60,749 nt of DNA from Octopus bimaculoides (lineage: Eukaryota), in contig NC_068985.1 of the NCBI RefSeq assembly GCF_001194135.2, positions 41,936,980-41,997,728 of the forward strand. The letters are read 5' to 3'. Positions 35,976-47,479 of this stretch are shown here, one piece after another. How positions within the stretch are numbered: position 1 is the stretch's first letter; each line of letters starts with the position of its first letter. A model generated the notes under the pieces. The model had not been told where the DNA came from. It searched no databases and was given only the letters and a program-made list of their open reading frames with translations. The position numbers and the translations under genes were made by a program.

Positions 35976-37034
35976 GTGGTTTTACCTTCACTTCTCTTGT
36001 TTAACCTTTGTCCATGAGAAAGAAAAAAAAAGAAAGAAAGATTCAATTTAATTCACTATTATAACCAAAAATAAACACATTTTTTGGTTCTATTCATTAA
36101 AAAGATATTGAATAACGCTTATTTCATCTTAGAAAAAAAGGTCAATCATTAAATATTCTGGCACCACTTCTATGCAACATGGCTTATATCCCATCAATTT
36201 ACTTTCTCTATTAAATACTTAAAGTGTCTAAATATGATGATGTTTTCTTCTTGATTGTGTACTGTTTGATAAAAGGCATAATATCTACATGAATAAAAAT
36301 AATGCTAAATAAAAACAAAATCTAACATGATCCAACATGGGAACCTCTACCTAGTTGTTTTTATTCCTGATCCTTGGTAAAAGTAATATGGTTAAGAAGC
36401 TCATTGTGCAACCATGTGGTTTTAGGTTCAGTCCCAGTGTGGTACTTTAAGCAAATGTCTTCTACTAGAGCCCTGTTGTGTGTGTATATATGTATATATA
36501 TGAGTGTGTGTGTATACATTATATTATATACACTAGCTTAAAAGGTGGCTTTTAAGCTAACTCCTGTAGAAGGCACTTCATTGGGCCTTGTGCCCAACAG
36601 TGACACTTCATGCATTGAGTACATGCTAAAATTTTATTAAAATCAACCAATATTTTTCATGCAATGAACAATTTTCATCAAAACAATGATATAATTTGTC
36701 GACTTGGAACATATTGCAAAGCTGTGTGATAAACAACATTTTTTTGTCTTCCGATTTGGGGGTCAGTACAATTTTTTTCTATCTAACCTCGTTCTTTCTC
36801 TCTATTTCTTTCTGTTGATTGTTTTCAACCATCACATCACCAGTAATACCACCATCGCCACCGCAACTGCCATACACACACCATTCAGACCTCTGACACC
36901 ACCACCATCAATACCTTTGACTTCGCTGCCTTCCCCTCTACCACCATCACCATTATCTTTCACACCACTTACTATTATCGTCAAAGTGTGACACACTGAC
37001 ACACAGAAATTCGTTTGGTACTTATTATTATAGT

Positions 37035-37073
<39 letters not shown>

Positions 37074-37179
37074 AGATATATATGTGTGTATATATATATG
37101 TGCGTCCGTGTGTGTGTATGTATATATGTATGTATACATATGCGTACATATGTATGTGTGCATATATATATATATGTAT

Positions 37180-37962
37180 TATCATCATCGTTTAACGTCC
37201 GCCTTCCATGCTAGCATGGGTTGGACGATTTGACTGAGGACTGGCGAACCAGAAGGCTGCACCAGGCTCCAATCTGATCTCGCAGAGTTTCTACAGCTGG
37301 ATGCCCTTCCTAATGCCAACCACTCCGAGAGTGTAGTGGGTGCTTNNNNNNNNNNNNNNNNNNNNNNNNNNNNNNNNNNNNNNNNNNNNNNNNNNNNNNN
37401 NNNNNNNNNNNNNNNNNNNNNNNNNNNNNNNNNNNNNNNNNNNNNNNNNNNNNNNNNNNNNNNNNNNNNNNNNNNNNNNNNNNNNNNNNNNNNNNNNNNN
37501 NNNNNNNNNNNNNNNNNNNNNNNNNNNNNNNNNNNNNNNNNNNNNNNNNNNNNNNNNNNNNNNNNNNNNNNNNNNNNNNNNNNNNNNNNNNNNNNNNNNN
37601 NNNNNNNNNNNNNNNNNNNNNNNNNNNNNNNNNNNNNNNNNNNNNNNNNNNNNNNNNNNNNNNNNNNNNNNNNNNNNNNNNNNNNNNNNNNNNNNNNNNN
37701 NNNNNNNNNNNNNNNNNNNNNNNNNNNNNNNNNNNNNNNNNNNNNNNNNNNNNNNNNNNNNNNNNNNNNNNNNNNNNNNNNNNNNNNNNNNNNNNNNNNN
37801 NNNNNNNNNNNNNNNNNNNNNNNNNNNNNNNNNNNNNNNNNNNNNNNNNNNNNNNNNNNNNNNNNNNNNNNNNNNNNNNNNNNNNNNNNNNNNNNNNNNN
37901 NNNNNNNNNNNNNNNNNNNNNNNNNNNNNNNNNNNNNNNNNNNNNNNNNNNNNNNNNNNNNN

Positions 37963-37997
<35 letters not shown>

Positions 37998-38730
37998 TAA
38001 TACTAAAACTCTAGAGATGTTTGTGTGAACCTAAAATGTCTCAGAAATAGTATATTTTATCTTAATTTTTTTTTGCATATTTATTTTCATACTTACCTTT
38101 GGCAGTGCAGTACAAATTTTTGTGATATTTGAACCTCTATTTATTATTGGAAATGATTAAACACAATTTTTGCTTATTATTTCGATGAAAAAAACATGGC
38201 TTCTGTGACGTCAACACACATACAGAATATGCACACATATAATGAATATCATAGAGTGTCAATCAACACAAACACATGCCTACTATCTGTGACACATACA
38301 CACATCATAGACTACACCTCTCTAAGAAAAAAAAAACATCAACTTTTTGACATACACAGTATTTTAATCATTTAGAAATATTTTTAACTGAATGTGATTT
38401 CAAAAATNNNNNNNNNNGCCAGTCCAGCGGCACTGGCAACGACCTCGCTTGAATATTTTTTCACGTGTCACCGGCACAAGTGACAGTAAGGCGACGCTGC
38501 TAACGATCACGCTCAAATGGTGCTATTCACATGCTACTGGCATGGAAGCCAGACAACTGCTCTGGCAATGATCACGCTTGGACAGTGCTGTTAGCGCTCC
38601 ACTAGCACAGGTGTCAGTCATCGAATTTGGTTCAATCATGATTTTGATTTCACTTGCCCCAACAGGTCTTCGCAAGCTGAGTTTAGTGTCCAATGAAGGA
38701 GAGGTTGGCATGGGTGCCAGTTATCGAATT
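37180..38730 (-). mobile_element. RTE tail copy broken by assembly gaps (37180-37345 and 38418-38730)
   Basis: Both pieces match consecutive parts of 31818-32360. Confidence 0.75.
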
Positions 38731-38762
38731 TGGATTGATTATGCATGTATATATATATATTT

Positions 38763-38795
<33 letters not shown>

Positions 38796-39689
38796 TAATA
38801 CTAAAACTCTAGAGATGTTTGTGTGAACCTAAAATGTCTCAGAAATAGTATATTTTANNNNNNNNNNNNNNNNNNNNNNNNNNNNNNNNNNNNNNNNNNN
38901 NNNNNNNNNNNNNNNNNNNNNNNNNNNNNNNNNNNNNNNNNNNNNNNNNNNNNNNNNNNNNNNNNNNNNNNNNNNNNNNNNNNNNNNNNNNNNNNNNNNN
39001 NNNNNNNNNNNNNNNNNNNNNNNNNNNNNNNNNNNNNNNNNNNNNNNNNNNNNNNNNNNNNNNNNNNNNNNNNNNNNNNNNNNNNNNNNNNNNNNNNNNN
39101 NNNNNNNNNNNNNNNNNNNNNNNNNNNNNNNNNNNNNNNNNNNNNNNNNNNNNNNNNNNNNNNNNNNNNNNNNNNNNNNNNNNNNNNNNNNNNNNNNNNN
39201 NNNNNNNNNNNNNNNNNNNNNNNNNNNNNNNNNNNNNNNNNNNNNNNNNNNNNNNNNNNNNNNNNNNNNNNNNNNNNNNNNNNNNNNNNNNNNNNNNNNN
39301 NNNNNNNNNNNNNNNNNNNNNNNNNNNNNNNNNNNNNNNNNNNNNNNNNNNNNNNNNNNNNNNNNNNNNNNNNNNNNNNNNNNNNNNNNNNNNNNNNNNN
39401 NNNNNNNNNNNNNNNNNNNNNNNNNNNNNNNNNNNNNNNNNNNNNNNNNNNNNNNNNNNNNNNNNNNNNNNNNNNNNNNNNNNNNNNNNNNNNNNNNNNN
39501 NNNNNNNNNNNNNNNNNNNNNNNNNNNNNNNNNNNNNNNNNNNNNNNNNNNNNNNNNNNNNNNNNNNNNNNNNNNNNNNNNNNNNNNNNNNNNNNNNNNN
39601 NNNNNNNNNNNNNNNNNNNNNNNNNNNNNNNNNNNNNNNAAAAAAAAAAAAAAAAATCTCTACATTTTCTGTTGAATGTTTTTTTTCAT

Positions 39690-40040
39690 CTTCTATCATT
39701 TACTTATTTCAGTCATTAGACTGCAGCCATGCTGGGACACCACCTTGGAGAATTTTTAGTTGAATCAATCCCAGTACTTATTCTATCAGTCTCTTTTGCC
39801 AAACCGCTAATTTATGGAAACGTAAATGTACCAACACCAGTTGTCAAGTGGTGATGAGGGAACAAACACACACACACACACACAATGGGCTTCTTTGAGT
39901 TTCTGTCAGCCAAATCCACTCACAAGGCTTTGGTCAGCCTGAAGCTATAGTAGAAGACACTTGCCCAAGGTACCATGCAGTGGGACTGAACCCCAAAACC
40001 ATATGGTTGCGAAGCAAGCTTCTTACACAAAGCCATGCCA
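39690..40040 (-). mobile_element. SINE family A (NICN1 intron 1)
   Basis: Reverse-complement full copy. Confidence 0.85.
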
Positions 40041-40097
40041 GCAAATTATTCTCTTATTTTACCTTACTTCTTGTAAAAACAAAAACAAAACAAAAAA

Positions 40098-40497
40098 CAG
40101 GCATGGCTGTTTGGTAACAAGTTTATTTTTTAACCACATGATTTCAGGTTCAGCCCCACTGCATGGAACTTTGAGCAAGTGTCTTCCACTATAGACTCAA
40201 ACTGACCAAAGCTTTGTCAGTTGATTCGGCAGACGGAAACTGAAAGAAGCCCATTATGCGTGTGCACACGTGTTTATGTTCTCCTCTCCACCATTTGACA
40301 AGCGATGTTGTTTTGTTTACGCCCCTGTAACTTAGCGGTTCGTTAAAAATGACGGATACAAGTACCTGACTTAAAAAACACGCACACAAAAAAAAGAAAG
40401 AACTGGAGTTGATATATTCGACCAAAACTCTTCAAGACGGTGCCCCAGCATAGCTGCATTCCAGTACTTGAAACAAATAAAAGATAAAAGATAAATC
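40098..40497 (+). mobile_element. SINE family A (NICN1 intron 1)
   Basis: Head CAGGCATGGCTGTTTGGT, tail GAAACAAATAAAAGATAAAAG. Confidence 0.85.
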
Positions 40498-40710
40498 AAG
40501 TTGTGTGGTTAAGACGTGGTACGTCAAGTTATGTCGCTTATTAAAAAAAGAAAATTAATTATAAGAACACTAAAAAAGGAGACCAGTTTTATGGATCCTC
40601 TGTTGGTGTTAATGATAGGTATTTCAGTTGGCTAGAACAACTGAATACAACTCCGGAACCACGAAGGTGGTTGCTCGACTTGCTACAAATAACAGCCAAA
40701 ACGCTTATAT

Positions 40711-41657
40711 AGGCGCAGGAGTGGCTGTGTGGTAAATAGCTTGCTTACCAACCACATGGTTCTAGGTTCAGTCCCACTGTGTGGCACCTTGGGCAAGTGT
40801 CTTCTACTATAGCCTCGGGCCGACTTGAGTGGATTTGGTAGACGGAAACTGAAAGAAGCCCGTCATATATATGTATGTGTGTATATGTTGTGTATCTGTG
40901 TTTGTCCCCCCCAACATCGCTTGACAACCGATGCTGATGTGTTTAGGTCCCCGTAGCTTAGCGGTTAGGCAAAAAGAGACTGGGGATCTTTTTTAAAACG
41001 GGGGCCACATTTTTCATTAACGAAACACTTTGAAACTTGGAACACTGGTAGAATGTGTCATATAAAACATCTTTTTCTCTTAGTCTTCTTAAAAAAAAAG
41101 AAATCCATAAATTATTCCATGTTAAAGTTGTCGTATTTCTGTAATTTCAACCAATCACTGACGTCCATTCAGCCGATATACATTAAGTGCCGACTACATA
41201 AACAAACGATTCTGAAACAATTAACCCTAACCCTAACCCTAGGGTTAGGGTTAAAGCAAATTTAAAATGAAAAAAGCAAATAAAACGAAGAATCGTTTGT
41301 TTATGTAGTCGGCACTTAATGTATATCGGCTGAATGGACGTCAGTGATTGGTTGAAATTATCGAAATAACACAAATTTTTACATGAAATAAATTCGAATA
41401 CAAAAATATTTTTCTGTTCTATAACACAAAATAGATAAGTATACGAAGTTTGAAAGTCTTTCGGTACCAAAAACACTACGTAAAACATTAATGAAAAATG
41501 TGGCCCCCGTTTTAAAAAAAATCCGAGACTGGTAGATAAGTACTAGGCTTACAAAGAATAAGTCCTGGGATCGATTTGATTCGACTAAAGGCAGTGCTCC
41601 AGCATGGCCGCAGTCAAATGACTGAAACAAGTAAAAAAAAAAAAGAATAAAAGAATA
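40711..41657 (+). mobile_element. SINE family A interrupted by a MITE
   Basis: Head AGGCGCAGGAGTGGCTGTGTGG; body resumes after 41532; tail GAAACAAGTAAAA. Confidence 0.9.
40984..41524. mobile_element. 541-bp foldback MITE with telomeric core, Merlin-like
   Basis: Exact 8-bp TSD GAGACTGG (40976-83, 41525-32); about 37-bp TIR starting GG; perfect internal IR about 41145-41213/41289-41357; core TTAACCCTAACCCTAACCCTAGGGTTAGGGTTAA. Confidence 0.9.
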
Positions 41658-41838
41658 TCAATCACTCCCTACATTGTGTACATACGCGAAATATATATGA
41701 AAATGTTATGATTAGAATACCTTTAATCAGAGGTCTGCTCAATCATTGCTAACTTTAGACTAAACAACAGTTATGTGTATGCGTGTGCACGCGCACGCGT
41801 GATTAAATAAATAAATAAATAAAAGCAGTGTTGCTTAC

Positions 41839-41973
41839 CCCAGAGATAACTAGGTAGGGAAAAGTGATTGGAATGATTTTTTGACCGGTTATGAAATTCG
41901 CGTCATTACCAACAAGGATAGAAACGGGTGGTTGTTGCGAACACGCCAAAGCCTTCTGAACTGCTGCCGCCAT
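41839..41973 (-). CDS. NICN1: Nicolin-1 coding exon 1 (MAAAVQKALACSQQPPVSILVGNDANFITGQKIIPITFPYLVISG)
   Basis: ATG at 41973; 135 nt open; donor GGG|gtaagc, phase 0. Resembles the vertebrate NICN1 N-terminus (LVPCHVKGSVALQVG...GVLVIDVTFP). Lies in a CpG-rich region. Confidence 0.88.
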
Positions 41974-42060
41974 AGCAACGTGTCGACAAACGTTGTTGAC
42001 TAATAGAACAGTGTTTTGCGACGGTGGTGTTTGAGCTGGTCTGGTCAGTATTGGTTTCAT
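41966..42060 (-). promoter_or_regulatory. NICN1 proximal promoter: X-box-like GTTGCTATGGCGGC over the ATG and a CCAAT box at 42054-42050
   Basis: Motifs read directly; locally CpG-rich. Function is inferred. Confidence 0.45.
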
Positions 42061-42265
42061 ATATTGATTAAGGGGTGTCCCGAAAATAGTTATTGGAAAA
42101 AGTAACATTTTATTTAATAACTATAAACAGTTAAAGGAATAACGCAAAAAATTATCTCAAGTCACTTACTTAACTGATAGTACATGAATTGTACACAGTA
42201 TATGTATGATAGCCTTACACATACGTGATAAAATACCTTTCTTCAATTTCTTAATACAATTTATT

Positions 42266-42460
42266 GAGCTGGCAGAATCGTTAGCGCGCGCCGGACATAA
42301 TGCTTCGCGGTATTTGATCTCTCTTCTGAGTTTAAATTCCGCCGAGGTGGACTTCGCCTTTCATCCTTTCGAAATCGATAAAATAAGTGCTAGTTGAGGA
42401 CTGAAGTTGATGTAATCGATTCTCCCCCTCCCCATATTTCAGGTTTTGTACCTAGAGTAG
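42266..42460 (+). mobile_element. SINE family B upstream of NICN1, CpG-retaining
   Basis: GAGCTGGCAGAATCGTTAGCGCGCGCCGG...GCCTTTCATCCTTTCG. Confidence 0.85.
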
Positions 42461-42724
42461 AGTATATAATCAGTGTTTTTAAAGTTGATGATTAACAATG
42501 AACATTCCAACCAATGTCACGAAGAAACTGTCACAGTCTTGTGTTTTTTTACGTCGAACAATACATTTTTTTTCTGTGACTTTTTTCCAGGATTCTATGA
42601 CTACATTGGCTTTAGGTACATGGAAAGTTGTAAATGCTGATGCCTATTGAAAAACAGTCTCTAAATTATCTATTTAAAAAGATGTTCAGTTAATATATAT
42701 TTGTAGTAAACGTATTACGGTAAA

Positions 42725-42930
42725 GAGAAATAATAATTTCTGATTTAGGCTCAAGGTTAGCAGTTTTGAGGGGAGATGTTAGTCGATTACATCGGCCTCA
42801 GTTCTTGACATTACGTTATTTTATCTACACCGAAAAAGGGAAAAACAAAGTTGACCTCAGCTGGGTTTGAACCCAGAACCAAAACAAATACTACAAAGCA
42901 TTTTCCGACATTAACGATTCTTTTGCAATC
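42725..42930 (-). mobile_element. SINE family B, degenerate
   Basis: GTCGATTACATCGGCCTCAG...GTTGACCTCAGCTGGGTTTGAACCCAGAAC. Confidence 0.65.
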
Positions 42931-44242
42931 CTGTTTAAACTTGAGACTCTGAAATCAAGGAAATGAATTCCCTAGCATCACATGGAAAAACCTTGACAGT
43001 GCCTCTCCTTACCTGGAATTTGTAATTGCCAATTTCGTCCAGTCAGAAACTGTATATACTGCGACATTATCCCACCGAACCCCCATTTAGGGTTGCGATC
43101 ACTGAGAATTTTCTCTTGCAATAAGCACATCCTCAACACAAGACAAAACCGAATTCTCAAAGCTCAGCGAACTCGATAATGGAATACTACTCCCATATTT
43201 GGAACAGTGTTGAGGCTATGTCCACAATACTTACCTTCAAGTGTGCTATTTATTTCATCGATAACCATTTGCCGAACTGCTAATTACGGAATATAAACAA
43301 AGTGTGCTAATTTTTTGCAAGGTCTTTGAAAATAAAAACTGAAACACACACGCACCACATATTCATACATAGATATACAATGAGCTTCCACGCAGTTTCT
43401 GTTCACCAAATTCGACTTACAAGGCACTGGTCATTTTAGGGCTATAGTAGAAAGCACTTACCTAAAGCCTATTTTTTGATATCATCGCTTTTCTTGGAAA
43501 GCTGCAAATAAAAGCCACTGCTTTCTTTCTCGAACATATATAGCTCTTTCTTCTTATTTGTGTGTGAAAACAACTGTTTTAAAATACTGTTTTGGATTAG
43601 GTGAAGAATCGTAAACCAAATTTTTGGCAGGGTAGCCAACGATTCTACAGGTAGGATATCTCGAGGTGATGAACTTTTCGGAAAAGTAGTACACGAATGA
43701 AATGATTATTTTTAAAATGGGATTTAGGGCGAGTTCAGAAAACAAATTTTTATTTAACAACATTTTTACAGGAAGGAAAGAAACAAAAAATAAAAGTATT
43801 GAAGATTAAATCATGGAGAAAGAACCCAGAATTACTTGAAGAAGAAAAGAATAAGTGTATGGCAGGATACCAAGCAGCAAAAGTTGAGTGGGAGGAGTAA
43901 CAGGTTGTACAACCAAGACTAAATGTGTTCAATCGCGCGCAGACATAGTTGCTAAGATGTTGCCGCGGAGAATGGCCTGCGACACTCGCATCAACAGCTA
44001 CCCCCACCTCGCGGGGCTCGTGTCTCAGACTAACCGCTGTCATAATTGAAAGTCGCTAAAATTACTGTTTTTGTTTTCCTTAAACTAAAACATATTCCAA
44101 TGTATTCATGTTTTGCTGTCGTCATTTCAGTGATTACCCTTAACTTGCTGTGCTCGAAAGAAGTTATCTCCCTTTAATCAATTTATCCATAAAAATATGT
44201 CTTGGGAAAGACATTTTTGTTCTTTGTTTATCTATTACTTTT

Positions 44243-44335
44243 GGTGAAGGTAAAGAATACGCACACCACCCATTTTCGGCATAACCCTAAATCTAATCGC
44301 CGAAATAGGTGGTGTGCGTATTCTTTACCTCCACC
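44243..44335. mobile_element. 93-bp hairpin mini-MITE with TAACCCTAA loop
   Basis: About 38-bp arms GGTGAAGGTAAAGAATACGCACACCACC.../...GGTGGTGTGCGTATTCTTTACCTCCACC; flanks TTACTTTT/TTACTTTC (7/8 TSD). Confidence 0.8.
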
Positions 44336-44559
44336 TTACTTTCAATCAAATAACGTTTCCAAGGGTGGGGAGTCTAAGACGCTGCAAAGTGGTGACTCGA
44401 TCTGCTAAAAATAACAAATCTCTGACATATTGTATAAAGAGAAAGACACATCAATAGTGTAGATATTTATATTCCTCAAAAGACTGGAATACCTTTCAGT
44501 ATGGATGGCGGAGACGGACTATATGTAATCTGAACCTCCCCCCCCCCTTATTTATTTTT

Positions 44560-45235
44560 TTTTACCGGAATCCCACGTTTTAGGCTATGGAGATTCCGAT
44601 TCTGAAAAAATTTTTTCAAAAATCTCAAATTCAAAATTTCGATTCCTCCACCCCACCNNNNNNNNNNNNNNNNNNNNNNNNNNNNNNNNNNNNNNNNNNN
44701 NNNNNNNNNNNNNNNNNNNNNNNNNNNNNNNNNNNNNNNNNNNNNNNNNNNNNNNNNNNNNNNNNNNNNNNNNNNNNNNNNNNNNNNNNNNNNNNNNNNN
44801 NNNNNNNNNNNNNNNNNNNNNNNNNNNNNNNNNNNNNNNNNNNNNNNNNNNNNNNNNNNNNNNNNNNNNNNNNNNNNNNNNNNNNNNNNNNNNNNNNNNN
44901 NNNNNNNNNNNNNNNNNNNNNNNNNNNNNNNNNNNNNNNNNNNNNNNNNNNNNNNNNNNNNNNNNNNNNNNNNNNNNNNNNNNNNNNNNNNNNNNNNNNN
45001 NNNNNNNNNNNNNNNNNNNNNNNNNNNNNNNNNNNNNNNNNNNNNNNNNNNNNNNNNNNNNNNNNNNNNNNNNNNNNNNNNNNNNNNNNNNNNNNNNNNN
45101 NNNNNNNNNNNNNNNNNNNNNNNNNNNNNNNNNNNNNNNNNNNNNNNNNNNNNNNNNNNNNNNNNNNNNNNNNNNNNNNACGGACGCGCGAACTTCCGAG
45201 TATTAGATAGATAGATAGAGAGACAGACAGACATA
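44560..45235. mobile_element. Possible non-autonomous Helitron-like element (mostly gap)
   Basis: Only ends visible; ends ACGGACGCGCGAACTTCCGAGTATTAGATAGATAG. Family call from general resemblance only. Confidence 0.25.
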
Positions 45236-45809
45236 TAACTCGCTCCGGCCAGTCATGGTATTAGCTGTCAGTAGCCAAAGAATCGACAGGCCAGCAACAG
45301 GCATGCAGGCAGACAGATACTTCACTAGCAGGCAGTGAGCACTTTCACTTCTGACAAGCTAAAAGCATGATAGTGCCAAAATTAGCTGTTTATAAATAAA
45401 TCACACACGTGTTTTGTTTTTTTTCCTAAAACAGCATGCGACGGAATTTTTTCTTATAAAAGTTTTAAATGTTTTTTTTTTTCTTTTTCCAAAACGGAAA
45501 CGAAATGGTTTGCAGAAGTACCCGAAAGAACGGAGTCAAACAACAGGCAGAAAAGAAACTGTGCATGGAGAGAACTTTGTCGATGGAAATGATAATGAAA
45601 TTCAACAGATAAATTTCTACAACTGCATGCTGACCATCAATCAATGAGATCATGTTCATTAAAAATAGATATTTATTAATGAAATTTTCTACAGTTATGC
45701 TTCAGATGTTTGAATATATTGCACTGTAGAAAATTTCATCAAAATATATCTATTTTCAATGAACACGACCTCGCCGAGTGAGAGTCAGCATGCGGTTCTA
45801 GAAATTCAC

Positions 45810-46340
45810 CTACTCAACTTCGGAAATGGCAACCAAAAAATAAACGAATGTTTTTCCTTTTGGGGTTGAATTCCGCCACACAAATTCATGTTGATAATTA
45901 CTATCAGCACCACCAATTTCCACGGGGCTTTTCTGAAGCCATTCTACCGCGGTAGTGTGACTAACAGAACACTCGTCTATAATGAGGTTTTGCATGTCTT
46001 TGCACCAGCAGTAAATAAGCAATACGAGATTGAACAGTGGAATATGACTCCTTTCAAAGAATGAACTGTAACGAACAGATTTCTTGTGTTTACAATTTTT
46101 ACAGTACCATTCTTTGCCATCAATTCTGTCAGAGCGTGTAACAAGTCCGCATGGTACTAAACAATCTTCGCAGGTAAACTTATTCCTAATAAGCCGACGG
46201 CGCGCACATCATTCCAACATTTTGTATCTTGAACTGCTGGATAATTCACTCATATTCCAACACTCCTCTAATATTAATTGACGAGTGAGGATTTCGTTTT
46301 CAGGAACAATAAGTTGTGCAGCCGGTCTTCCACGTGGCAT
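45810..46340 (-). pseudogene. Merlin (IS1595-like) transposase, N-terminal part
   Basis: MPRGRP..C.DC..DGKEWYCKNC..KSVRYSSFFERSHIPL..LLIYCW..HTTAVEW|LQKSPVEIGG; one TGA at codon 44; DDE region deleted. Confidence 0.8.
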
Positions 46341-47479
46341 TTTCGATCTTTCACATAAGAAACTATGATATTCAACCACGTGTGCGATTTATTTATAAAC
46401 AGCGGGAAAAAAAAACAAAACACATATTTGCACATTCTTCGTTTTATTTACTAGAGAGCGGTGTGTTTACATTTGTCACATGATACCATACTTCCGTTTC
46501 CGCTACAACTTGTTTGACTCTGGAGAATAACGATAATGTGTTTTTGTATGTTTTCACGGAGATTTGGTGTGAGTAAATATATTTTCACACTAAATATTGA
46601 TTTCTATAGCATAACAGGTAAGATATACAGGTAATCTTCCAGTTTAGTGAGGTAAAAAAAGTAAATAAAAATACAAGGGAAATAACTTAACGTCTTACTA
46701 GTATTATCCGTAATCTCCCCACCCACCCGTCTGCGAGCGCGCATTTTTTCTTCATATTCGTTCACAGCAAGTTTTACACCTATTACACTAATCTTTTTTT
46801 GAGCTCGGGTGAAACGCTTTAGTTTGACCGTTATTTTCCTATACTGGAATATTACCATAAGTTGTTGTGCAGCCGGTACTATGATATTCAATCATGTGTG
46901 TGATTTATATATATACACAGTTAACTTCAATCACGTGTGTGATTTATTTATAAACAGCTATAAAAAAAACACATTTCAGAGTAGTACGGATAATACTAGT
47001 AAGACGTTAAGTTATTTCCCTTGTATTTTTATTTACTTTTTTACCTCCCTAAACTGGAAGATTATCCGTATTCTTTACCTTCGCCCATTTAAAAAAAATA
47101 ATTATAATTTGTATATATTTTATAAATACAAAACAACACCACGGAGGAATCGACGTAAGCTTAAATAATAAACCGTGATATGGCGAGGGATTACTGTAGT
47201 TGGTGAAAGTGTTGCTAACTGTTCTGAAGATAACAACCACAGTTGTAATATAATGGTGTTTTAATAATTTTAATGTTTCAAACAACTCCTAAGCTTTTAA
47301 ACCACAGTTGATGAAACTCGAGAGAAGATGAATAGAGTAATGCTGGGATCCCACGAGTGTAAAACGATGTGATATGGTAAATGCTGGGTGATATATATAT
47401 GTATGTATGTGTGCGTTATTTTCATTTTACAGTCAAACGGGTTTGACCCGAGAAAGAAAAAATAGTGTAATAGTTGTCA

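Noticed and set aside
40711-40790. tRNA-like A/B boxes at SINE heads
   Set aside because: They continue into SINE bodies and cannot form a full cloverleaf; not tRNA genes.
41221-41254. Telomere or chromosome-fusion site
   Set aside because: Only about five repeats, enclosed in a TSD-flanked MITE.
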